A DNA stretch of 63,862 nt, filler included, from Octopus bimaculoides (Eukaryota), in assembly GCF_001194135.2 (NCBI RefSeq). It is 7 parts of 6 records of this genome, joined end to end, with 100 filler letters (N's around TTAATTAATTAA, not from the genome) between each part and the next. Parts side by side here need not be neighbours in the genome. Positions count along the whole stretch, not along the records: positions 8,440 to 21,572 come from NC_068981.1; positions 21,673 to 27,584 come from NC_068984.1; 5 more parts are not named here. One strand, given 5' to 3'. Both the position numbers and the translations under genes were made by a program. Under the pieces are notes generated by a model. The model ran no database searches and was not told where the DNA came from. It saw only the letters and a list, made by a program, of their open reading frames with translations. Positions 11,712-24,600 of the stretch are shown here, piece after piece; the first letter of the stretch is position 1; each line of letters starts with the position of its first letter.

Positions 11712-12762
11712 CTTTTCTATTAAAAGCACAAGGACTGGAATTTGTGGGGAGGGGACTAGTCGATTACATCGACCCCAGTGTTTCACTAGTATTTAATTTA
11801 TCGATCCCGAAAGGATGAAGGACGACGACAACAATAATAACAACAGCAACTAACTAATAAGGCATTAAAAAAAATTACCCAACGGGGAGTACCGCCAACG
11901 TGTAACCAAAGACTCCGACATAACCTGGGTCAACCGACTGTCAAGGGCACGACGGGAAAACGCATCTCTTCTATCCATTTTCACGATCCTACAGACCTAG
12001 CGATTATCCATGCTACATTCACCCACCTGTTTTTACAAATTTACTGGGGAACAGTACCTCCCTATCAACTTTCAACTTCCTTTCAAATAGAACTTTAAAA
12101 TGTCGCCATACTGAATAAAATCTTGTGCTTCAGTTCCTCACGAGTTTTTAGTCAGCTCGGCGGTTGTTTGCAATATCAGTAAATGTTTTATCATTTCCTA
12201 TATATCGGAATGGACAAAATTTTGTTTAGGATTGTGGCTGCGATGACACGTCACTGACAAAGTCCAAGAAGGCCGAAATTCAAATGGCATTTTCGTTGAT
12301 CTCTGCTTGGGCGATTTTCGTCTCGTTCCGATATAAATTGAGTTTCTAAAGCTGTTCGTCGTTGAAGATATTTTTCTGTCTCTCGAACGAAAACCAACAA
12401 CATCAGGCCTCTCAACGGTGTATATACATCAAGTACGATACATAGATGGCTATCTTAGTTTAATGCTGTTTCAATTAATACAAAGTATTTCCAACAAAAA
12501 CAACTAAACATTTACGAGTCGAGGCGAAGCAGCACATCCAACACAGAACAACAAACAGTAATTCCTTAATACATGAACAGATAAATAAAGTGGAAAAAAA
12601 ACTTAAAATTAAAGTTAAGAAATGTCATGAAGTTAAAGATAAGCTGACTCAAGCCGACACCTCAGCCGGAAGTTTGGTAACGGCCTTATTTTTCACGATT
12701 CAGTGAGCACAGCAGTAAAAGAGAGAGAGAGAGAGAGAAGAATTCATTTAATAATAATAATG

Positions 12763-12829
<67 letters not shown>

Positions 12830-12997
12830 TAATAATAATAATAATAATAATAATAATTAAAGAAAAATTAGATAACATGAAATTAGATAAGATGTTGAGG
12901 TCATGTGAGGTGTCCTGTTGAACTGGTACACGCGTCACTCACAAAAATCCTTTTCCCTGGCACGCTTGTTTTTTACGTAGTATATTGATTCTGTACA

Positions 12998-13036
<39 letters not shown>

Positions 13037-13171
13037 TCCCATACAGAGGCATACAAGTGCGTACACACTTATGTAACTATACCTACGAGTGTGTGTTGTG
13101 TCTAAATACATGTAAACACATAAATGCATATATACACACACGCTCTACGCATATAAGTATATATTTGTTTA

Positions 13172-13222
<51 letters not shown>

Positions 13223-13979
13223 ATGAAATGCAAGGTCACTGATTGTACATGATCCAGCATTGAACACGCAGGCAAGATTGTAATAAAACACATCTGGACG
13301 GATATCTGGGCATTCAGCATCCCTGCCACGAACTAGATACTCTACCCCAACCATCTCCCATTTATACACCCATATACCCCATATCCCTCCTATACCTTGA
13401 TCATCATCTTCTGCTTCCATTTAGAGATATCTAACTAATAAATAAAATAAAATAAAATAAAATAAAATATAAATGAAACATTAACAAAAGGATAAAAATA
13501 TACACCAATCTTGTCTCCTCAGAGGAATTCAAGCGTCTATACTATCACGTGATACCAATAGATGTTTTGCAATGTATACATGCATACTCGTCTTCATATA
13601 AGTGTACTTATGTGTGCATATTTGAGCGAACAGTAATATTGCAATTGTATTTCTGTATGGCTTAATGAGTAAGTAATGGGAAATGTGTTCGTGTGTGTGT
13701 GTGTTTGTGAGTGTTTCTTTTCTCGTCCATCCTATCCTGCAGTATAGAAGATGAGGAAATTAAATAACTGTGTGTGCATGATTGCAGTAAATCAAAGGAA
13801 AGAGAGCGAGTAAGAGAAGATGCATGTGCATGATGAAGATGAAGACAAAGGAAGTAAAAGAGGGAAGATATTCCGGAAGTGTGAAAGACAATTCAGGAAT
13901 ACAAGAGGGAGAGAGAGATGGAGAAAGAGATAGACAAACAGAGAGACAACTAGATAGATAGATAGATAGACAGATAGAT

Positions 13980-14042
<63 letters not shown>

Positions 14043-14057
14043 CAGATAGATAGATAT

Positions 14058-14105
<48 letters not shown>

Positions 14106-14177
14106 GTAAACTGGACTGAAGGATGAAATTATATCGGATTTTGAAAAGCACAAAACATAATTTTAAAATGATGAACG

Positions 14178-14242
14178 AGTGGCTGTGTGGTAAGTATAGG
14201 CGCAGGAGTGGCTGTGTGGCAAGTAGCTTGCTNNNNNNNNNN

Positions 14243-14295
<53 letters not shown>

Positions 14296-14545
14296 ATGTA
14301 TGTATGTATTTGTGTGTATATGTTTGTGTGTATATGTTTATGTGTCTGTGTTTGTCCCCCCAACATCGCTTGACAACCGATGCTGGTGTGTTTACGTCCT
14401 GTTAACTTAGCGCTTCGGCACTAAGAGACCGATAGAATAAGTACTAGGCTTACAAAGAATAAGTCCTGGGGTCGATTTCTTCGACTAAAGGCGGTGCTCC
14501 AGCATGGCCACAGTCAAATGACTGAAACAAATAAAAGAGTAAAAG
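14178..14545 (+). mobile_element. SINE (second family) with duplicated head, internal microsatellite and 3' tail
   Basis: gagtggctgtgtgg occurs twice. Tail catcgcttgacaaccgatgctggtgtg...ggcggtgctccagcatggcc also found near 21150-21335 (minus) and 31030-31175 (plus). Confidence 0.7.
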
Positions 14546-15439
14546 AGTAAACCCTAAATGATAAATTGGCGAAGATATGGAAGACTTTTATACTAGTATG
14601 CAGTTGCTGTACGGCTCTAGGTAACCTGCAGGACACCATTTTGTGTGTGCAGAGCGACACCTGGTACTTAGTTTTAACTAATCTCGTGAGTCTTCTTCTT
14701 TCGCGTCTAGATTGTGATTTCAAAGGCAGTTGCTATGTCTTATGAGTGATCTCATGTAGAAGATGTTTCTTTGACTTCGATTATATTTATATTTTGATAC
14801 AATGGTAACTGCATTTATAAGATTTACACTGTTAGTTTCTTGTCTGCGCAAATTTCCTTAACCTAGTGTCTGTTGTAGGTTAACATGAAACGTTTCGCAT
14901 TTTTATAGCCTGAAAGACACGTATTAACTATTCAAAAACTCACAAAGTCTTTTAACTTCACTTAAATATTTATTATTAGGTATCAAAATTTTCATCAGAG
15001 GCCGCATCAGGATCCTGGTTGCTACTGGTGTGACAATTTTGACACCAAATAATTAAATGCTTAAGTGAAGTTGACAGTTGTATGTTTTTGACTGGCTAAT
15101 GTCTTCCACGCTGTAGTTGTTTCAGTTTCAGCACACTATCTCAAATCAAATCACTTGCCTGGAAAGTACACCTCCAAAGAGCTGATATTTTATATTTTAT
15201 AAAATGTCTTTATTCTATAATCCTTAAGAATACAGAAACTACCACTGGCTACTTGTCTCTCTGAAAAATAGCATGGGCAAGCTGTCTGAGAAGACTAATC
15301 CCGCTACGTAGAGTTAAGTGCAGACTAATTTTACACTATAGACTGCGACTGGAATCACACAATGCAACGCATAAGTGAAACAAAGGGACTGAAATAAAAA
15401 TTGTGCCTCAAGGAACTTACCACTAACATGCAGTGTTTT

Positions 15440-15875
15440 CGTGAATCTAAAATATTGGTTTCAAAGTTTGCCACAAAGTCAGCAATTTCGGGGTAGGGGC
15501 TAAGTCGGTGACATCGACACCAGTGCTCAACTGACACTTATTATATCAACCCGGGCGGAATTTGAACTCAGAACGTATAGACAGACAAAATGCCGCTAAA
15601 TTTTTTGCCTGGCATGCTAACGATTCTGCCAATTCACCGCTTTATGTGTCTAAAATATTCTTCTCTACTCTAGGTGCAAGGCCCAAAATTTGGGGGAGAG
15701 GGGTCAATCGATTAGATCGACCCCAGTATGCAACTGGTACTTAATTTATCGACCCCGAAAGGATGAACGGCAAAGTTGACCTCGGCGGAATTTGAACTCA
15801 GAACGTATGAGCAGACGAAATACCGCTAAGTATTTCGCCCGGCGTGCTAACGATTCTGCCTGCTCGCCGCCTTAG
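15440..15875 (-). mobile_element. Two tandem minus-strand SINE copies
   Basis: Two successive matches to the family at 1-205 (about 15440-15640 and 15655-15875). Confidence 0.75.
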
Positions 15876-17684
15876 GAATCTAAAACATTGAATACTATAA
15901 AAATTTCCAGATATTTTTGAGCACGAATCTACAATTATATTTAAGCTAGCATGCAATAAGAAAGAGTTTAACTCATTATATTCGTAAGTTATATTGGTAC
16001 TAACATATTTAGTGTTGTGAGCATTAAAATGTTGTAAGTCAATCGAGTGAGGGGTAATAATAGTTAGAAAATTATCAGATTAAACGAGTTACAAATCAAG
16101 AAAAATTATGTTAAAGCAAACGATATTGCACCAACTAAAGACAGCAATAGATACACTGAGTCATCAAAAGGATTTCAAAAATTTCAAAATTTAATCAGCT
16201 TTTCATTAATTTGTTCTTTGTATTTACACGTTTCCCTTTGCTTCAATATACGTGTTAATTCATTATTCAATCCAATTTTGACAAACAGATTTCCGTTCAA
16301 TTCATCAATCGAATCCTAAATAAACTTGAAATGGCTAACCATTGCAGTTGTTAGTTTATAGAACCTGAAGGAGGCATTATAGGGTTTAAAAACAACGTTA
16401 TTTTATTTCTTAAGGGTTGAGGCATTAATAAAAAGGATATGAACAATTAGATTATTATAGTATCATAGTTTTGCGTCGCACAGCGGAAATAAAACTGTTC
16501 CTAATTGGAATCGAAACCGCATCAGTATTCCGTACGTAAGAATTTATAACTTATGTATTACTTCTCCCACACTTATTAAATACATATACATTTTCGTATG
16601 CTGAGTCTAAAGTAAATCTACCCGTATGATAGTTGTCCTCACAGCAGTGATAATTAATGACTTTGATATCTGTTTTCTAATATGCTTTTGTGACACTTCC
16701 GTATTTACACAGGGGAACTATAGACATTCGATACACTAACAGACACACGCTAAACTAACAGATGTAATGTGAGTATACACATGTGTATACTCACATGCAA
16801 ACACACAGACAAACACACGCACACACACATACACACACACACTCACAGATACATACACACACGCACACACACACACATACACATACATACATATAAATAC
16901 ATACATATACACGAGTGTGTGAGAGAGAGAGTAAATATCAATAAAGAGATGGATACTGACAGAGGTACACATATGAATATATGTGTGGGTGTATGAATAT
17001 GTGTGTGTATATAAACACACACACACACACGCATGCATGCACAAACTTGCATATTCCCGACACTATTGTACTTTTCCTTGCTGACAGATATTTTTTTTTA
17101 AAGAACAACACCTCATGTCATTTAGGCGTAATACAATAAAACAAAAAACAAAAAAACAAAAAGTAACCTCGGGAATTGTTACAGAGCAGTTCGTCCTTCT
17201 TGGACAAGTATTTGAGTAATAAACTTCATTATCCAAATTAATACTAAATATCATGTTCTTTCTTTCATCCTCTCTTTCTTCCTCTACCTCATCCGCACAG
17301 ACTCACGCAGCCGCACATGCACGCATACAGATTACACACAAACACACAGAATAATAACGTGCAGGCATATTCGTATAGTGATACAAAAATATACATTTGA
17401 CACGTACCCGTATATTTAGTTATTTAAATATTTATATTGCTTTCCTGTAAAATATCTCATGTTAATATTCTGACCATTGATGTGTTCTCTTAATAGTTTC
17501 ACAATTGTATTCATGATGTTCATCTTGATGTATATGTATTCAGCAATGTGGAGTTGGAATAATTTTCTGTATTACAAACATTCACCCATCCAGATGTATG
17601 TATGTATGTATGTATGTATGTATGTATGTATCTATCTATCTATCTATCCATGATATGAATCTGTGTGTGAGTATATATATAGGC

Positions 17685-17753
<69 letters not shown>

Positions 17754-18414
17754 CATACATACATATACACACACACACACATACACATATACCTACAAAT
17801 AATATATATGTGCGTGTGTACGCGCATATATTATATATATATATATATCTATATATATATATATATATACACATACATATATATATTATATATACATATA
17901 TGATATATATGTATATATCTATATATTAGCATTCTCTTCAACTTCACATTTTGTCTGTCGTGTTTTAACATGACCACCCATCACCACCTACTGTCACCTC
18001 TTCCTCTCCCCAGCATACATGCACACGCACACATGCAAACACGCACACATGCAGACATACACGCATACACACGCATGCACGCACGCACGCTCGCACTAGG
18101 GAGATAAACACAGACTCGTAGATTATACTCTTAAAGTGAAAGCCAACTAAAAACACATCACCATCAATCAACATGAAGATATTTCAAAGTACGGGAAAAT
18201 ATGACCATTTTCACAAAGAACACAACAAGAACAACAATAACAACGAGTGAATAGAATTTTTAAATAAATCAGATAGCCGAGATGAAAGGCAAATTTAAGT
18301 GGATGACTGATGGCGTTATTAATTGCAGTGACAGAGGGTAATTAGAACGCTCCTGAATCGGGAATTTGTGAATGAGAGGCAACATGAACACACATTGATA
18401 CGTTGTTATATACG

Positions 18415-18452
<38 letters not shown>

Positions 18453-18746
18453 ACACATATGCATGTATATATGTATATATTTTAATGTATATGCATCTGT
18501 GTGTGTGCGCGCGCGCTTATGTGTGTGTTGTGTGTGCAAAATCTGTATTCATACGTGCAATCATGCATATAATTCTATATATGTGTATATATATATGTAT
18601 GGACGTGAAATGTATGCCTGTATATCTATATAGACATACGTTTTAACGCGCGCATGCACGCATACATGCATACGTATATACATACACACACACATATACA
18701 TACACACACACATATACATACACACACATACACACATACACACGCT

Positions 18747-18778
<32 letters not shown>

Positions 18779-19277
18779 TATAGAGATGTTCTTGCATAGC
18801 AAGTGACTTGATCTGAGATCGTGTGCTGAAAGAAAAACAATTGCAGCGTGGAAGGTGTTCATAAGCCATTTAAAAACACACAAATGCAGTTAGATCCACC
18901 TCAACATTTACACTTAATTTGTCAAAATATTTTCGTCGCTTTGAAGCCGCGACCTGTTCACTGACAAAATTCCGTGCTTCATATATTATAAGGAGAAAAT
19001 GGAGAGCTTCAACTGATAAAATTCAATTTATTTACGTTTTATCAAAATTCTCTGTAACCTACAATTGGTTTCCATGCTTAATCAACTACAAATTAATAAA
19101 TTAAAAAATAAAAATTGCATCTTGGAATATCGTGTTAAATATTTCCTGAGGGTCAGTATTAGACACGTTATAAAAATCACATTATTATCGATAAGCGGTA
19201 TGTATGTAAGATTAAATCGGCGAAGCTTGGAGGTTAACATCCATTTTATGAGGTATCTGTATACTCAAAATAGCTCT

Positions 19278-19758
19278 CCTTTTGTCAGTCATTAAGGTCA
19301 GTGCTTATGTGGCTTTTGAGTCATTCTAAGTCTTATTTTTAGCAAAAGGGGTGCTAGTTAGTACCTTCAGTCACTTTTCTGACCTTTATTAATTTTGCCT
19401 CTAGGTTTTAATTGCTAATAAGCCATCCCTTTTTAATTTGTTGTTTACACATTTACCATTTTGCAAATCAGCACGTTTTCAATGGTCTTTCGTATAAGAC
19501 TGACAGAGGTAGTTTAGAGTCGCTGATGGGGATTAAGATGGTCTACATCAAAATCCGAAATCGAGATTCGATTATGTACGCTGGAGACTTACCTTCCTTT
19601 GTCAGTCATTAAGTTCAGTGCTTTACGGATTTTGAGTTATTTTAACTCTTATTTTTAGCAAAAGCTGTGCTAGTCAGTACTATTTGTCACTTTTCTGACC
19701 TCTGTTAATTTTGCCGTTAGGTGCTAATTGCTAATAAACCACCCTTTTTAATTTGTTA
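19278..19758. repeat. Imperfect direct repeat, about 165 bp x2 (19278-19443 and 19596-19758)
   Basis: Both copies begin cctt(t)tgtcagtcattaag and end ccctttttaatttgtt, with shared tcttatttttagcaaaag and gtcacttttctgacct. Confidence 0.8.
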
Positions 19759-20285
19759 TAACTAATGTATGTTTGTGTGTGTGTGGGTGTGTTTCCAGTC
19801 TGTACATATGACGGCATATATGGCTATGTTTATGTAACTGTCCGTGGATTAGTGCTTTGTGTGTTCGATTCCACACAGTGCTTTGTGTCCTTGTGCAAGG
19901 CCCATTTTTTTTTTCACGTTGCTCCAGTCCATTCTGCTGGCAAAAATGAGTCGTACCTCTGTTTTAAAGAGCCAGTCTTGTAACACTTTGAGAACTATGT
20001 AAAGAGTTCGGGTGTTTGTGGAGCATTCAGCCACTTGCCCGTTAATTTAACGAGCAGGCTGTTTCGTTCATCGGATCAACTGGAACACTCGTTGCCGTAA
20101 CTGACGGAGTGCCGGCTATCCGTTTATGAAACGTTTATTTGGCAGAATCACTAGACTGCTGAAGAGAATACCTTGCGGTATTCTTTGGGACTGTGTGTTT
20201 TGTGATGAAATCTCGCTGAGTTCAGCTGTGCATTTCATCATTTCGGCGTCTATAAATAAAATACCAGCCCTGTACTGTAGTAAAT

Positions 20286-20351
<66 letters not shown>

Positions 20352-21672
20352 NNNNNNNNNNNNNNNNNNNNNNNNNNNNNNNNNNNNNNNNNNNNNNNNN
20401 NNNNNNNNNNNNNNNNNNNNNNNNNNNNNNNNNNNNNNNNNNNNNNNNNNNNNNNNNNNNNNNNNNNNNNNNNNNNNNNNNNNNNNNNNNNNNNNNNNNN
20501 NNNNNNNNNNNNNNNNNNNNNNNNNNNNNNNNNNNNNNNNNNNNNNNNNNNNNNNNNNNNNNNNNNNNNNNNNNNNNNNNNNNNNNNNNNNNNNNNNNNN
20601 NNNNNNNNNNNNNNNNNNNNNNNNNNNNNNNNNNNNNNNNNNNNNNNNNNNNNNNNNNNNNNNNNNNNNNNNNNNNNNNNNNNNNNNNNNNNNNNNNNNN
20701 NNNNNNNNNNNNNNNNNNNNNNNNNNNNNNNNNNNNNNNNNNNNNNNNNNNNNNNNNNNNNNNNNNNNNNNNNNNNNNNNNNNNNNNNNNNNNNNNNNNN
20801 NNNNNNNNNNNNNNNNNNNNNNNNNNNNNNNNNNNNNNNNNNNNNNNNNNNNNNNNNNNNNNNNNNNNNNNNNNNNNNNNNNNNNNNNNNNNNNNNNNNN
20901 NNNNNNNNNNNNNNNNNNNNNNNNNNNNNNNNNNNNNNNNNNNNNNNNNNNNNNNNNNNNNNNNNNNNNNNNNNNNNNNNNNNNNNNNNNNNNNNNNNNN
21001 NNNNNNNNNNNNNNNNNNNNNNNNNNNNNNNNNNNNNNNNNGTATGTGTGTGTGTGTGTGCATATAAGGAGAGTGCCAGAGAGACAGTGAGACAGAGCGA
21101 CAGAGAGTGAGAATATATATATTCTTTTATCCTTTTATTCTTTTCTTGTTTCAGTCATTTGACTGCGGCCATGCTGGAGCACCAACTTTAGTCGAACAAA
21201 TTGACCCCAGGACTTATTCTTTGTGAGCCTAGCACTTATTCTATCGGTTTTTCTTTTGCCAAACCGCTAAGTTACGGGGGACATAAACACACCAACATCG
21301 GTGGTCAAGCGATGATGAGGGGACAAACACAGACACCTGCCCTAACTCTTCGAAACGCTTAGTTTTATAATGGTGGCAGCTGATGAAGGAAATGTTCTTT
21401 ATGTGGCCTGTGTGTTTCCTGTGCTCTGTTTATTTTCTGTTTTTCATTTTGTCCCCGTTTTTTTGTGACGTCCTGTACCCAGATATGCATCTATATATAC
21501 ATGTAGATGTAGGTGTGTACATACATGTACGTATATATATGCATATACTCACATATTATTTGTGTATATATANNNNNNNNNNNNNNNNNNNNNNNNNNNN
21601 NNNNNNNNNNNNNNNNTTAATTAATTAANNNNNNNNNNNNNNNNNNNNNNNNNNNNNNNNNNNNNNNNNNNN

Positions 21673-24600
21673 TCGAATTCAGCTTGGCCCCTGCAGATAG
21701 AGGCCGAACGGACGCACGTAGGTCCGAATTCCGCTTAAACGGTGCAGAGGGATGCCGAACGGACGCACATACGATCGAATTCCGCTCAAACGGTGTAGAG
21801 AAATGCCGAATGGACGCACGTACGTTCGAATTCCGCTCGAACGGTGCAGAGATATGTCGAACGGACGTACGTACGTTCGAATACCCCTCGAGTGGTGCAG
21901 AGGGAGGGTGAACAGATGCACTTACGTTCGAATTCCACTCGAATGTTGCAGAGGGAAGCCGAAAAGACGCACGTACGTTCGAATTACGATCGAACGGTGT
22001 AGAGGGAAGACGAACGGACGCACGTATATTCGTATTCCGCTCGAACGGTTTTTGATGAAGGCCGAACGGACGCATGTACGTTCGAATTCCGCTTGAACAG
22101 GGCCGATGGAAGCTGAACGAACGCACGAACGTTCAAATTCCGTTCGAACGGCGCAGAGGGAGGCCGAACGGACGCACGTACGTTCGAAATCCGCTCGAAC
22201 GGCGCAGAGGGAGGCCGAACGGACGCACTTACGTTCGAATTCCGATCGAACGGTGCAAAGGGTGGTCGAACGGACGCTCGTACTTTCGAATTCAGCTCGG
22301 ACGGTGCAGATAGTGTCCGAACGGACGCACGTACGTACCAATTCCTCTCGAACGGGGGAGTTGGAGGCGAAACGGACGCACGTACTCTCGAATTCCGCTC
22401 GTACGGTGCAGAGGGAGGTTGAACGGAAGCACGTACTTTCGAAATCCGCTCGAACGGTGCTAAGGGAGGCGAAACGGTCGCACCTACGTACGAATTCCGC
22501 TGGAACGGTGCAGAGGAAGGTCGAACGGAGGCACGTACGTTCGAATTCCGCTCAAACGGTGGAGAGGGAGGCTTACTTGTCGCACGTACGTTCGAATGTA
22601 GGTCGATCGGACACACGTACGTTCGAAGTACGCTCGAACGGTGCAGAGGGACGCCGAACGGATGCACGTACGTTCGAAATCTGCTCGAATGTTGCAGAGG
22701 TATGCCGAACGGACGCACGTACGTTCGAATTCCGCTGGAACGGTGCAGAGTGAGGCCGAACAACGCACGTACGTTCGAATTCCGCTCGAACGGTGGAGAG
22801 GGAGGCCGAACGGACGCACGGACTTTCGAATTCCGCTCGAATGGTGCAGAGGGAGGCTGAACGGACGCACGTACGTTCGAATTCCGCTCGAGCGGTGCAG
22901 AGGGAGGCAAAACGGATGCACGTACGTTCGAATTCCGCTCGAGCGGTGCAGAGGGAGGCCGAACGTACGAACGTACGTTCGAAATGCGCTCGAGTGGTGC
23001 AGAGGGCGGCCGAAAGGACGCATGTACGCTCGAATTCCGATCGATCGGTGCAGAGGGAGGCCGAACGGAAGCACTACGTTTAAATTCTGTTCGAACGGTG
23101 AAAGGGTGGCCGAACGGACGCTCGTACTTTGGAATTCAGCTCGAGTGGTGCAGAGGGAACACGAACGGATGCACGTACGTTCGAATTACGATCGAACGGT
23201 GTAGAGGGAAGACGAACGGACGCACGTATATTCGTATTCCGCTCGAACGGTTTTAGATGGAGGCCGAACGGGCGCATGTACGTTCGAATTCCGTTTGAAC
23301 GGTGCAGATGGAGGCTGAACGGACGCACGTACGTTCGAATTCCGCTCGAACGGTTTTAGATGGAAGCCGAACGGACGCATGTACGTTCGAATTCCGCTCG
23401 AACGGTGCCAAGGCTGGCTGAATGGACGCTCGTACGTTCGAATTCGGCTTGGCCCCTGCAGATAGAGGCCGAACGGACGCACGTAGGTCCGAATTCCGCT
23501 TAAACGCTGCAGCGGGAGGCCGAACGGAGGGACGTACGTTCGAATTCCGTTCGAGTGGTGCAGAGGGAGGCCGAACGGACCCTCGTACGTTCGAATTCCG
23601 CTCGAACGGGGGAGTTGGAGGTGAAACGGACGCACGTACGCTCGAATTCCGCTCGAACGGTGCAAAGGGAAGTAAAACGGACACACGTACCTTCGAATTT
23701 CGCTCAGACGGTGCAGAAGAAGGTCGAACGGAGGCACGTACGTTCCAATTCCGCTCGAACGGTGCAGAGATATGTCGAACGGACGTACGTACGTTCGAAT
23801 ACCCCTCGAGTGGTGCAGAGGGAGGGTGAACAGATGCACTTACGNNNNNNNNNNACGTTCGAATACCCCTCGAGTGGTGCAGAGGGAGGGTGAACAGATG
23901 CACTTACGTTCGAATTCCACTCGAATGTTGCAGAGGGAAGCCGAAAAGACGCACGTACGTTCGAATTACGATAGAACGGTGTAGAGGGAAGACGAATGGA
24001 CGCACGTATATTCGTATTCCGCTCGAACGGTTTTAGATGAAGGCCGAACGGACGCATGTACGTTCGAATTCCGCTCGAACGGGGCCGATGGAAGCTGAAC
24101 GAACGCACGAACGTTCAAATTCTGCTCGAACGGTGCAGAGGGATGCTGAACGGACGCACGTACGTTTGAATTCCGCTCGAACGGTTTTAGATGGAGGCCG
24201 AACGGACGCATGTACATTCGAATTCCGCTCGAACTGTGAAAATGGAGGCTGAACGAACGCACATCCGTTTGAATTCCACTTGAACGGTGCAGAGGGATGC
24301 CGAACGGATGCACGTACGTTCGAATTCCGCTTGAACGGGGGAGTTGGAAGCCAAATGGATGCACGTACATTCGAATTCCGGTCGAACAGTGCAAAGGGAG
24401 GCAAAACGGACGCATGTGCGTTCTAATTCCGCTCGAACGGTTTTAGATGGAGGCCAAACGGACGCACGTACATTCTAATTCCGCTCGAACGGTGCAGATG
24501 GAGGCTGAACGAACGCACATACGTTCGAATTCCGATCGAACGGTGCAGAGCGAGACCGAACGGACGCACGTACAATTTAATTGCGCTCGACCGGTGTAGA

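Noticed and set aside
23790-23905. Exact monomer duplication around a 10-N gap
   Set aside because: Typical unmerged contig overlap, so an assembly artefact.
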